A stretch of DNA of 64,000 nt from a virus (lineage: Duplodnaviria > Heunggongvirae > Uroviricota > Caudoviricetes). Made by a program: the position numbers and the translations under genes. The notes below the pieces were generated by a model. It worked only from the letters and a program-made list of their open reading frames with translations, searched no databases and was not told the DNA's origin. Positions within the stretch are counted from its first letter, which is position 1. Every line of letters begins with the position of its first letter. The stretch is from the IMG/VR virus record IMGVR_UViG_3300042691_028414. One strand, written 5' to 3'. Positions 53,202 through 62,444 of the stretch are shown here, one piece after another.

Positions 53202-55577
53202 TTATTGATATACCTTTGAAATATTATCTTCTTTTCTAATCTTAACGATGGTGTCCGCCCACTGATTAACCATTGGGTTGTGTGTAATGACAAATATTTT
53301 CTCAAAATATTCTTTAATTTTAATAAAGAATTCTGAAACCATTTCCAAATTGTCGTTAGATATTTTTCCGAACACCTCATCAAAGACAATTATATTTGGT
53401 TTTGGTAACGAACAAATCTTACTTAATACTGATCTCAATGCCAATGATGCAATTGTTTTTTCATAACCTGAACCTGATGTCATTAATTTCTCAACACCAG
53501 TACCGTTGTCAATCATCATAAACTCAACTTCATTCTTATCGTTAATTCTAACTTCAAGTTTGAAGTATGAACTATCCTCCATTAGTCTTTGAAGTTCTGA
53601 GTTTATTATCGGCATCATAGTTTTCATTATGATTTTAGATATCCCATTTTTACCGAACGCCTCCAAATATATTTTATATAATTTTTCTTTTTCAGATTCC
53701 TCCTGAATTTTGATTATTGTATTTAAATTATTTTTAATCTTATCTTCCAACGAGGTGATTTGGTAAGTATTATTATTGATTAGTGTTTGTTTTTGAGTCT
53801 TTTCTCTTTCAAGTTCCTCAATTCTAATACCTGCTTTTAACAACATACCCTCAATCTTCTCATTTTCCTTAATTTTTTCAATCAATTCGTTATACCTTCC
53901 TAATTTTTGTTTTAAATTTTCAATTTTAAGATTATAACTCTCAATACTCAAATCATATTTTTCTTTAATAAGTTTGTTTTTCTCATACTCATCAAACTCT
54001 TTTTTAAGTTGTACAAATGCCTGTTCTTTGCCTGATAAAACCGTCATTAACCCCTCTTTTTCCTCTTTTTGCCTATTATAACCATCAAGTTCGGCAATTT
54101 TAGATTGGGTGATTGATGCCATCATTAAATCAATACCACAGTGTTCGCATTTAATTCCACCATCAACGGAACTCTTTAATTCCTCAATTGATTTAATCTT
54201 ACTCTCAACTTGGATTTTTTCCTTGAATACTTCGTTATATTCTTCTTTAACCTTATCGTGTTGATCCTCATAATAAAAAGAAGATGGTTCAACTACCTGT
54301 AATTCATTTGACTTCTTAATGATGTCACCTTTTTGATACTCAAATGAGTTAATCTCATCTTGTACCTTATCAGGGTTTGTTTGAGCAATATCATTATCTA
54401 TATCAGTATGTTTCTTTTTTAACATATCGTCACGATAATCCTTACCCTTTGTTAAGTTTACTTCAACTTGATTAAGTTCGTCTTTCAATGTATCAATACT
54501 AGTTTTAAAATTTTCAATATCAGTTTCATATTGTTCATTATCACTTTTTAATTGCTCAGTATTATAAACATTAGATAACATTGATTTAGAAAAATCAGAA
54601 TAAATTTGTTTTGCAGATTCTTCTTTTTTCTTTAAAAACTCCAACCCCATAAACCTTGAGAGTACCTGTCCTCTTGCCGTTGGTTTTGATTCCAAAAGGT
54701 CCTCAAGATTTGTTGCGGTGGTTAAAATTGTCATTAAGAAATCATCTTTAGAACCGATTGATGTTTTAATGAATTGTTCGGTTTCTCGTCTTTGTTCACC
54801 AGTAAAGTTTTGTAAACTACCGTCGGAAAGTTTTTTGAAGAAGTCTAATTCGGTTTTAACATTCCATTCACCTTTCTTAGACATTTTTCTTTCGATGTTT
54901 CTAACAATAATATATTCTTCACCATCAATAATAATTTCACCCTTTACAACTACCGAGTTTTTATCGGTAAATCGATTAAAGATTTCTTCCGCCTTTGATG
55001 TTTTTGTTGTCTCATTAAAGAATAGGAACATTAATAAATCCACCGATAATACTGTCTTACCACCAAAGTTAGGTGGATTAGATTCAACTACTGTAATACC
55101 ATTACATTTATCAAAATCAATACGCTGATTATCACCATATGATAAGAAATTAGAGAATTCAATATTTTTGATATACCATTTCTTAAATGATGAGGTTTCA
55201 TCTTCTGATTCAGACATTTTATTCTCAACCATTCTATTGATTGACATAACCTCATCAATACGATTTTCATACCCCTTAGACTTAAGAAATTGTTTCAACA
55301 AATCAGTTTGATAATTTGTGTCCATAATGTTTACAGACACATCAACACTTTGCATAGTATCTTCCTGAATGTTTTTAACTTTTGTGATAACATTCACATT
55401 AGTGGAACCGTACTTCTTTTGGAAGTAATGTTTAACACTCTTAATCTTATCTTGTGTGAAATTCTCTGAAATGTCTTCCCATACTACTTGAATAGGTGGG
55501 TTTTCAAATTTAGAAAACTCTAAATCTTTTATCATAATTTTATAATTAAATGTTTTTGGTGGATTAAACAGATCCAT
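53202..55577 (-). CDS. SbcC/Rad50-like recombination ATPase (T4 gp46-like)
   Basis: Walker A NPPNFGGKT; long coiled coil; Walker B NIIVFDEVFG at the C-terminus. Confidence 0.75.
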   Translation of the reverse strand: MDLFNPPKTFNYKIMIKDLEFSKFENPPIQVVWEDISENFTQDKIKSVKHYFQKKYGSTNVNVITKVKNIQEDTMQSVDVSVNIMDTNYQTDLLKQFLKSKGYENRIDEVMSINRMVENKMSESEDETSSFKKWYIKNIEFSNFLSYGDNQRIDFDKCNGITVVESNPPNFGGKTVLSVDLLMFLFFNETTKTSKAEEIFNRFTDKNSVVVKGEIIIDGEEYIIVRNIERKMSKKGEWNVKTELDFFKKLSDGSLQNFTGEQRRETEQFIKTSIGSKDDFLMTILTTATNLEDLLESKPTARGQVLSRFMGLEFLKKKEESAKQIYSDFSKSMLSNVYNTEQLKSDNEQYETDIENFKTSIDTLKDELNQVEVNLTKGKDYRDDMLKKKHTDIDNDIAQTNPDKVQDEINSFEYQKGDIIKKSNELQVVEPSSFYYEDQHDKVKEEYNEVFKEKIQVESKIKSIEELKSSVDGGIKCEHCGIDLMMASITQSKIAELDGYNRQKEEKEGLMTVLSGKEQAFVQLKKEFDEYEKNKLIKEKYDLSIESYNLKIENLKQKLGRYNELIEKIKENEKIEGMLLKAGIRIEELEREKTQKQTLINNNTYQITSLEDKIKNNLNTIIKIQEESEKEKLYKIYLEAFGKNGISKIIMKTMMPIINSELQRLMEDSSYFKLEVRINDKNEVEFMMIDNGTGVEKLMTSGSGYEKTIASLALRSVLSKICSLPKPNIIVFDEVFGKISNDNLEMVSEFFIKIKEYFEKIFVITHNPMVNQWADTIVKIRKEDNISKVYQ

Positions 55578-55580
55578 TTA

Positions 55581-55859
55581 TTATTGTTCTTCGTCTTCAA
55601 ATGTGGTAGTTTCTTTAATAAGGGTTCCTTCACCAACAGTTTCAATGTCTATGGTGTTTTCTACCTCATTAGGATCAACCACACTAAACTGAACAGGTTG
55701 ATCACCCACTTGAACATTCAACTCCTCGTTTTCTTGGAATTTTTCCATTTGTTCTTGAAGAAGTTTATTAAATGCTCTTTGCATTTTACCTTTCTCTTCG
55801 GCAATTCTCTGATTTCTTTTTACCACTTTCGCTCTGTGTTCTTTCTTTGCTTTTCCCAT
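55581..55859 (-). CDS. hypothetical protein
   Basis: 92-aa ORF. Confidence 0.45.
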   Translation of the reverse strand: MGKAKKEHRAKVVKRNQRIAEEKGKMQRAFNKLLQEQMEKFQENEELNVQVGDQPVQFSVVDPNEVENTIDIETVGEGTLIKETTTFEDEEQ

Positions 55860-55869
55860 TTTTACTTAT

Positions 55870-56223
55870 TTATAAAACATTATTATTAGGTCGATTTTCT
55901 TCAAACCATTCTACTATACCATTAAACGCCCATACAAATCCTGATGCTAACATACCATCAAAAAATATAGATGCGTACTGATTTAATCCTATAATTTCAT
56001 GCCAAGGTGAATACGCAACCAATGACATAAAAAATCCTACCCAAGTTGATGTACACATCATGCAGGACACTAAATCAGATATGAACTTAAAGAAGTCACT
56101 TATTACTGGTATTCCACTATTACCTGTGTTTTTAAACCAATCTCTTATTCCTTGAAATATTGATCCGTAAACCAATATATTTGACATTCCATATGCCGCT
56201 AATAACCAAATTAATATCATCAT
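55870..56223 (-). CDS. membrane protein
   Basis: Three or four hydrophobic helices. Confidence 0.45.
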   Translation of the reverse strand: MMILIWLLAAYGMSNILVYGSIFQGIRDWFKNTGNSGIPVISDFFKFISDLVSCMMCTSTWVGFFMSLVAYSPWHEIIGLNQYASIFFDGMLASGFVWAFNGIVEWFEENRPNNNVL

Positions 56224-57017
56224 AATCTTCGTGTTAAGTTTGAACCTTTGAGGTATACAGCACCTTGGCTTACCTTCATAGATTCTAATTGTTTATTTAT
56301 TTCTTCTAATTCTTCAATTTTTTTGTCTTTTAATGATAGTTCTTTTCTAAGTTTCTGTAAAGTTTCTCCCATCATTTTTAACTTTTCATTATTTTCAACT
56401 TCTTTAATTACCTCTACCTCCTTGATAATTTCAACAGGAGGTTTGTCTAAAAGTTCGTCTAAATTATGTCTAAGTTCGTCTAATTCTTCATCCTTTTTAG
56501 ACATTTCATTTTGGAAAAAATTTTCCATTTCTTCGGTTTTAGTGGAAAATTTTTGTCTTTCTTTTTCTAATTCCTCATTTAAGTGGAAAATTTTTTCCGT
56601 TAATTCGTTCTCACTAGACTTGTCACTAATATATTCTATTTTTGTGACAACTTTTTCAACAGGGACTTCCTTAATAATTTCAATGGGTACTTCTCTAACC
56701 ACCTCAACTATTTTCTCCACCTCTTTGATAACCTCAATAGGAACTTCCACCCGTTTTTCAACAATCACTTCTTTTATTAATTGTTTTTCCTCAACAACAT
56801 CCGTTTTTAAGTCTTTTTCACCTTCATTAAGTGTTTCTCCCAAAAGTCCGTATTTTTCAATATTAAATCCATCAGTAAAACATTTTTTGATGAATTTATC
56901 TATATCGTCAATTTTGTTTAATTCACAAAATGCAGACACTGTCTGCATTGTTTTTTTATTAAAGATTTTTGAGTAATTCGGTTCCATTTTCAATATCCTC
57001 AAATGATTTAATTTCAA
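56220..57017 (-). CDS. coiled-coil protein with PIEVIKEV-type repeats
   Basis: Repeats: VEVPIEVIKEVEKIVEVVREVPIEIIKEVPVEKVV ... PPVEIIKEVEVIKEV. Confidence 0.5.
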   Translation of the reverse strand: MKLNHLRILKMEPNYSKIFNKKTMQTVSAFCELNKIDDIDKFIKKCFTDGFNIEKYGLLGETLNEGEKDLKTDVVEEKQLIKEVIVEKRVEVPIEVIKEVEKIVEVVREVPIEIIKEVPVEKVVTKIEYISDKSSENELTEKIFHLNEELEKERQKFSTKTEEMENFFQNEMSKKDEELDELRHNLDELLDKPPVEIIKEVEVIKEVENNEKLKMMGETLQKLRKELSLKDKKIEELEEINKQLESMKVSQGAVYLKGSNLTRRL

Positions 57018-57759
57018 ACTTTAAAAATGGCTTGGGGTTGAATAAGTCCGTATAGTTATATTCTTTTGTTTCTAAATTATAAACTCCATATCCATGTCTA
57101 CCAATACTTTCACCAATATTTTGTTGTATTGGGCTACCTATCATATAACCTTTACCCGTTTTAAAGTTAAATTCTTGTCTTTTATGGATATCACCACATA
57201 ATACAACATCAAGTCCATTGAACTTTTCAACATCATACGCCTCCTCTCCAAAGTCAAATCCCAAATCGGTTTTCATTCCTTGAATTGGTCCGTGAAACAA
57301 TCCCACTTTTATTCCTGTTGCAACATTCAAATCAGGAGGAATATTCCCTTGATATTGCGAGTACACACACCAACTAATATTCTCATCTTCATACACACCT
57401 CTATCTCTATAATAGAAAATGTTTTTATTATTTAACGAATTAATGATTGGTGTAAGTGCGTCTAATCTTTCAACATTGTTTACAAGGAAATCGTGATTAC
57501 CAGGTATAATGATTGTTGGTGCAATAAATGAACATTCCAAAAGCAACCACCGAACCATTTCAATAAGTTCGGGAGTCATTTGATTTTTAGAGTGAACCAA
57601 ATCACCAGTGAATACAATTCTATCAGGATTGATTTCTCTCCATTGGTTAATCGCATCTTCCATTATTGACTTATACAAATCATGATCTTTATAAAGACGA
57701 ATGTGTAAATCAGAAAAGTGTATTATTTTTTTTATCATTCTGTGTCTTTTGTACCGCAA
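56959..57759 (-). CDS. Mre11/SbcD-like metallophosphoesterase nuclease (T4 gp47-like)
   Basis: IIHFSDLHIR, GDLVHS and GNHD motifs. Lies 1.4 kb from the Rad50-like gene in the T4 46/47 order. Confidence 0.75.
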   Translation of the reverse strand: MRYKRHRMIKKIIHFSDLHIRLYKDHDLYKSIMEDAINQWREINPDRIVFTGDLVHSKNQMTPELIEMVRWLLLECSFIAPTIIIPGNHDFLVNNVERLDALTPIINSLNNKNIFYYRDRGVYEDENISWCVYSQYQGNIPPDLNVATGIKVGLFHGPIQGMKTDLGFDFGEEAYDVEKFNGLDVVLCGDIHKRQEFNFKTGKGYMIGSPIQQNIGESIGRHGYGVYNLETKEYNYTDLFNPKPFLKFEIKSFEDIENGTELLKNL

Positions 57760-57989
57760 TAAATTTCATACGGTGGGTTATACGGATTCGGTTTTATTGG
57801 TAATGGATTAATATCTCTATATCTTTTGAAGTCATCAATCCACTTTTGTTCATCACTAATAACTTCACCCATTTTTTCAACAATAGGTGTAATATCTATA
57901 TGTTTATTTTCAAGTTTACCAGCAAGATAACCTTCTAACCAAATATAAAATTCTCTATGTGTCATTTTAATCAAACAATTTAAAATCAA
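57735..57989 (-). CDS. hypothetical protein
   Basis: 84-aa ORF. Confidence 0.4.
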   Translation of the reverse strand: MILNCLIKMTHREFYIWLEGYLAGKLENKHIDITPIVEKMGEVISDEQKWIDDFKRYRDINPLPIKPNPYNPPYEIYCGTKDTE

Positions 57990-58182
57990 TATTCACATGA
58001 CCACAATCATTACACATATATGTTGGGAATGGTACTAATGTATCTTCCGAACTTCCTGTCATTAATTTAGGCACTTTTTTAATTAAAACAACCTCCTTAA
58101 AGAATTTACATTTACATTTTTCACACTCAACGGTTTCTTGTTGTTTTAAATCAATTTTAGGTCTAATAATATTATCTTCCAT
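57967..58182 (-). CDS. zinc-ribbon protein
   Basis: CEKCKC...CNDCGH motif. Confidence 0.4.
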   Translation of the reverse strand: MEDNIIRPKIDLKQQETVECEKCKCKFFKEVVLIKKVPKLMTGSSEDTLVPFPTYMCNDCGHVNIDFKLFD

Positions 58183-58186
58183 AGTT

Positions 58187-58438
58187 TTAATCTTCTAAAT
58201 ATAATGTGAATGTTTCATCACCCATTTTATCTTTAATAATTTCTTGTCCAAACTGAATTTCATCAACTAAACTTCCTTCTGAACCATCTTTAATTTCAAA
58301 TTCATACATATTTTCATTCAAATAATCAATGATTTCTTCATTTGTCATTCCTTCCAATTCAGGATAATCTTCTGGGTTAATTTCAATTGGTTCATATGAT
58401 TCCCACATTTCATATGATCTTGTCATTCTAATTTTCAT
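58187..58438 (-). CDS. hypothetical acidic protein
   Basis: 83-aa ORF. Confidence 0.45.
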   Translation of the reverse strand: MKIRMTRSYEMWESYEPIEINPEDYPELEGMTNEEIIDYLNENMYEFEIKDGSEGSLVDEIQFGQEIIKDKMGDETFTLYLED

Positions 58439-58549
58439 TTTATAATATAATTAATTTTTATTTTATATGGTAACTCGTGATCCCACGATGTTGTATATAC
58501 CCATATTAATTCCACTGAATTTTCCATATTTAATTATAATTAAATTAAT

Positions 58550-59407
58550 TTATTTTTTCAAGTATTTTGACATATCCATATTCAAAATAGTATTGATAAC
58601 TTCTTTAGGTACTCTAAATTCTTCAAACTTACCTTCATCACTCAAATGAACAATAATACCACCATATAATTTGGTATTTTCATACTTAGAACCTTTTAAC
58701 ATTTTCAATATTAACTTTGAATAGAACGGTAACTGTGTAAAGTAGTGCCCTAAGGCGTTATCACTCAAACTTTGAAATGGTGGTTTCATTTTTTTGGTAA
58801 AGATGTTATCCTCAAAATTTTTCTTTTTGTTTGTCTTCCAATCGGTAATAATTAAACCAAATTCAGTACCTTCTCTATTCATTATTAACCAAAATTTATC
58901 TGGTTGTCCAACATATCCAATCTCATTACACCCTAATACTATTTCAGTATCCAATAATACAGCTCCCCTTTCTTTCATCAATTCCAAAAAATCAGTACCC
59001 GCATGAATCATAGAATCTCCCTTTAATATTTGTGTGAAATCACAATCAAATATTGGTTGTCTAACCTCCTTTTCAATTCCAAACATTTCTAAGGATTTTT
59101 GTTCAAGAAAGAAGTGGACTCTAGAACCCATATTTGTAGAATAGGTTCCCGCATCTGACCATTCTTTCAATAAACGAGCCTTTTCTTCAGGGTCACCTTT
59201 AGCCTTCTTTTCAGCAATTCCATCCGAGTCAAATTCGGTATAAAATAACTTCATCACTTTTGATACTGACGGCCAATCACTTCTCAAGTTACCCGATGAA
59301 TCAATCATTGTGTATGTGTGACTATCTTCCTCAAAAGTTAATTGTAGTTCCTTTTGTTTGTTTTCAATAATCTCTCTTATCTCCTTTGCAATTTCTTTTA
59401 AATCCAT
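58550..59407 (-). CDS. PD-(D/E)XK nuclease (RecB/Cas4/lambda-exo-like fold)
   Basis: GQPD...(18 aa)...IITDWKT: the classic PD...(D/E)xK arrangement. Confidence 0.55.
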   Translation of the reverse strand: MDLKEIAKEIREIIENKQKELQLTFEEDSHTYTMIDSSGNLRSDWPSVSKVMKLFYTEFDSDGIAEKKAKGDPEEKARLLKEWSDAGTYSTNMGSRVHFFLEQKSLEMFGIEKEVRQPIFDCDFTQILKGDSMIHAGTDFLELMKERGAVLLDTEIVLGCNEIGYVGQPDKFWLIMNREGTEFGLIITDWKTNKKKNFEDNIFTKKMKPPFQSLSDNALGHYFTQLPFYSKLILKMLKGSKYENTKLYGGIIVHLSDEGKFEEFRVPKEVINTILNMDMSKYLKK

Positions 59408-60306
59408 TAATCTCGTATTTCAATATAATAATCATTTATTTCTCCCTTCAAATCACAAACATCCTTATCATCAGGTAATTTGATAATTTTTATTCTACCC
59501 CATAGAACTCCACCATTTAATTCGTGATAAAGTTTAACTGCGTTAACCCACGCATCAGCATCCAAACAAATAATAATATCACCTTTAGCTTTATTATATA
59601 TTGATTCAAACAATAATTCTGACATATGTTTTCCGAGCATTGGTATTGAGTTTTCTAAGAAAATCCCGTCAAAAGCACCTTCAACAAGGTATATATCTTT
59701 GTTCCAATCAATTAAATTTTCCCAAAAAATAATTTTTTCTTTCTCGGCTTCGGGATTTCGGTATTTAGCTTTAGTATACGGATCCCAACTTCTACCTATG
59801 TAATAGTTAAGTTCTCCTTTTGCACTATAAGATGGAATAATTATCCTACCAGAATGACTACCATTATCACAGAACCCAATTTGGTATTTTTCAATCATAT
59901 AATCGGAAATTCCCCGATTATATAGGTAATTTATTGCTTGTTGTCTAATTGGATATCTTGGATTAACATCCTTAAATAACTTATACTCTTTTGGTAGTTG
60001 GACTTTAGGTTTTTTCTTTTCTTTCACCTGAACAGTTTCAGGTTTAAGGATGTTATATAATTTTTTATGTTTTTTATTCCCGTATTTATCAAAAAGTTTA
60101 CCCAAAGATCCGTGCGTACCCTCACTTTCAGAACAAGACCAACATTTATAAACATTTGTAAAATAATTTACCTCAAGGTTGGATTTGTTTCTATCGTCGT
60201 CACATACGGGGCAATTGAAGGATATTTGTCCTCTATTTGGGTAGTGTAATCCGTGATCCCCCAAAACATCCTCCAATAATTCAACCAAAGATTCATTTTC
60301 ATCCAT
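59407..60306 (-). CDS. DNA primase (T4 gp61/DnaG-like; zinc finger plus Toprim)
   Basis: CPVCDD...CWSC zinc finger; Toprim LVEGAFDGIF followed by IICLDADAW. Confidence 0.8.
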   Translation of the reverse strand: MDENESLVELLEDVLGDHGLHYPNRGQISFNCPVCDDDRNKSNLEVNYFTNVYKCWSCSESEGTHGSLGKLFDKYGNKKHKKLYNILKPETVQVKEKKKPKVQLPKEYKLFKDVNPRYPIRQQAINYLYNRGISDYMIEKYQIGFCDNGSHSGRIIIPSYSAKGELNYYIGRSWDPYTKAKYRNPEAEKEKIIFWENLIDWNKDIYLVEGAFDGIFLENSIPMLGKHMSELLFESIYNKAKGDIIICLDADAWVNAVKLYHELNGGVLWGRIKIIKLPDDKDVCDLKGEINDYYIEIRD

Positions 60307-60393
60307 AAATTATAATATAAACATAAATTATGGAATAATCAAACTTCACAAGTTTTTACATTCCTTTATATTTATCTAAGATAACAATAGTAA

Positions 60394-60615
60394 ATGCCAA
60401 CAGATATAACAATAAATAATATTTCAGGTTCAACACCATTTGATGTTTATGTATGTGATACAGGATACACAAGTTGTATTTATGTATCAACAATCGTAAG
60501 TGGTGACTTACCATATACCTTTGAGATTCCACCAGTGTACTCATCTTTAACTGATTTTATAGTTAAAATTGTGGATGATAATAATTGTGTTGTAACTGAC
60601 ACCGTAACCGTTTAA
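60394..60615 (+). CDS. hypothetical protein
   Basis: 73-aa ORF with a TATATTTAT motif upstream; directly precedes the TP-repeat gene. Confidence 0.4.
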   Translation: MPTDITINNISGSTPFDVYVCDTGYTSCIYVSTIVSGDLPYTFEIPPVYSSLTDFIVKIVDDNNCVVTDTVTV

Positions 60616-60617
60616 GT

Positions 60618-61730
60618 ATGTCTTGTTTTGGTCAATATTGTGTAAGTGGTACTTCATCATCTTTTGATGGTACATATTTTTCCGCAGGTACTTACGATGC
60701 GGGTTATGATTATTTCACAGGAGATACATATACTATTTATTATTCAACAGGACAAACTCAATGGTGTTTAGCATTAACTTTAGGGGATCCAAATTGTTTA
60801 TTATTTGGTAAATCACCTTGTGTAAGTTCTTGTCCTGATTTATGTGATGAACTTTTTAGTTCGGGTATTTGCCCTACACCAACTCCATCACCAAGTGCTG
60901 CTTGTTCAATAGATTTTGATGCGATTTTTGATTGTGATGTACCCACAACACAAACTCCAACTCCGACACCAACTCCGACATTAACCCCAACAATGACACC
61001 AACCTCAACAAACCCTTGTGGTGGGATCGGTATTAATGTTTCGGGTATTACATATACACCAACTCCAACACCAACTCCAACATTAACTCCAACACCTTCA
61101 CCTGAAATTACCAGACCATGTAATTATACAGGTTTAGTAACATTTAACACTCTTGATGATTATATTAAATGTCCAAATAGCAAACAATTCAAAGATTGTT
61201 TAAATGGATTTATTTATTCAACCACTGATGTTATATTAAACCCGACAGGTGGTACTCCAGTAATTGGTATGGTATATGAGGCGGAAGTGAATGAGATAGA
61301 TGTTTGTATTGAGTACATTGGTACTGCGGATAATATTAGTGGTGTTGATATTATAGTCTTGAACACTGAGAATGGTTTAGTTTCTGAAGGAGGATGTCTT
61401 GTTTGTATTCCACCTGTTAGTTCAACTCCAACACCTACACCAACACCTACACCTACATTAACACCAACTCAAACTCCTGATGTTTGTTGTGAGTATAAAG
61501 TAACTAATTTACTATATACTGCAAATACTTTTAATATTAAAAACTGTAGTAATAACGAGACTCAAGTAATAAACATAAATGGTGGTTCAACAATTACTGT
61601 AAAATCATATAAGATACCTGTAGGTAATAACATTAATATAGTTTTTATTGATTGTCCTTGTGTTACATTAACTCCGACACCAACTCCGACATTGACTCAA
61701 ACACCAACACCAACTCCGAGTTCACCATAA
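60618..61730 (+). CDS. Cys-rich protein with Thr-Pro repeat linkers (surface/structural-type)
   Basis: Three PTPTPTPTLTPT linker blocks separating Cys-containing modules. Confidence 0.5.
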   Translation: MSCFGQYCVSGTSSSFDGTYFSAGTYDAGYDYFTGDTYTIYYSTGQTQWCLALTLGDPNCLLFGKSPCVSSCPDLCDELFSSGICPTPTPSPSAACSIDFDAIFDCDVPTTQTPTPTPTPTLTPTMTPTSTNPCGGIGINVSGITYTPTPTPTPTLTPTPSPEITRPCNYTGLVTFNTLDDYIKCPNSKQFKDCLNGFIYSTTDVILNPTGGTPVIGMVYEAEVNEIDVCIEYIGTADNISGVDIIVLNTENGLVSEGGCLVCIPPVSSTPTPTPTPTPTLTPTQTPDVCCEYKVTNLLYTANTFNIKNCSNNETQVININGGSTITVKSYKIPVGNNINIVFIDCPCVTLTPTPTPTLTQTPTPTPSSP

Positions 61731-61765
61731 AAAAAAATATCGTCTAAAAAGACGATATTTCAAAT
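61730..61765. terminator. bidirectional terminator
   Basis: atatcgtctaaaaagacgatat hairpin between convergent genes. Confidence 0.6.
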
Positions 61766-61785
61766 TATCCTTTATCTAACCGATA

Positions 61786-62394
61786 TTATTTCCAAATTTC
61801 TTTTGAGTTCATATATCCTAATACACAGGTATAAGCATCGGTTTGATCAAAATTTTCTTTCTTTAAGGTGTTATTTTTAGTGTACAACCATTGGATTTGA
61901 GGTTCTTTTTTTGCCACTAAATCCCAAATAATTTGTTTCTTATCTATGTCTTTTGGAAGTCCCCCAAATAAAACATGCTTACCTTTATCATTAGGTTGTA
62001 CTAATTCAGGGAATGCAAATTTTCTTGAGTTATATGTTGATATAAATTCGGGAACTATACCTAACGCATCATAAATTTCTTTACATATTAATGTGTTAAA
62101 TCTTAAAAGAGTTTGAATTGTATAGACATTATTTGAGTTCAACAACGGTTCCTCAATAACTACATTAACAATCCCTAAATTTTTATATTCGGATAATTTT
62201 GTTCTGAATATTTCAGATTTAAGTAACAACTCCATCATTTTATTATCTCCAAAGTCTTTTGCTTTTGGTCTTGGTGAGATGTGAGTTAATTCTAATAATT
62301 CTTGTTCTTTAATATCAAATAATGCCCACCCAATGGTTCTTGTTGAGACATCTAGTCCAAGGACTTTTGGTGAATTTTTAATAGTTTTAGTCAT
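61786..62394 (-). CDS. RuvC-like Holliday junction resolvase
   Basis: LGLDVSTRTIGWALF resembles the N-terminal RuvC catalytic Asp block. Confidence 0.5.
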   Translation of the reverse strand: MTKTIKNSPKVLGLDVSTRTIGWALFDIKEQELLELTHISPRPKAKDFGDNKMMELLLKSEIFRTKLSEYKNLGIVNVVIEEPLLNSNNVYTIQTLLRFNTLICKEIYDALGIVPEFISTYNSRKFAFPELVQPNDKGKHVLFGGLPKDIDKKQIIWDLVAKKEPQIQWLYTKNNTLKKENFDQTDAYTCVLGYMNSKEIWK

Positions 62395-62444
62395 AAAAAA
62401 TGATTTATTAATAATATAACAACTATTAATTAAAATTAAAGTTT

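Noticed and set aside
53189-53389. A 66-aa minus ORF overlapping the 3' end of the Rad50-like gene, and other short overlapping minus ORFs (7117..7338, 11009..11254, 31465..31659, 35856..36161, 45135..45392, 51788..52000, 55088..55270, 60356..60544).
   Set aside because: Alternative-frame ORFs inside larger genes on the same strand, with no independent support.
60940-61730. Repetitive acaccaactccaaca blocks considered as a CRISPR-like array.
   Set aside because: The repeats are in-frame Thr-Pro codons inside a continuous ORF. Spacing is irregular and there is no leader or cas context.
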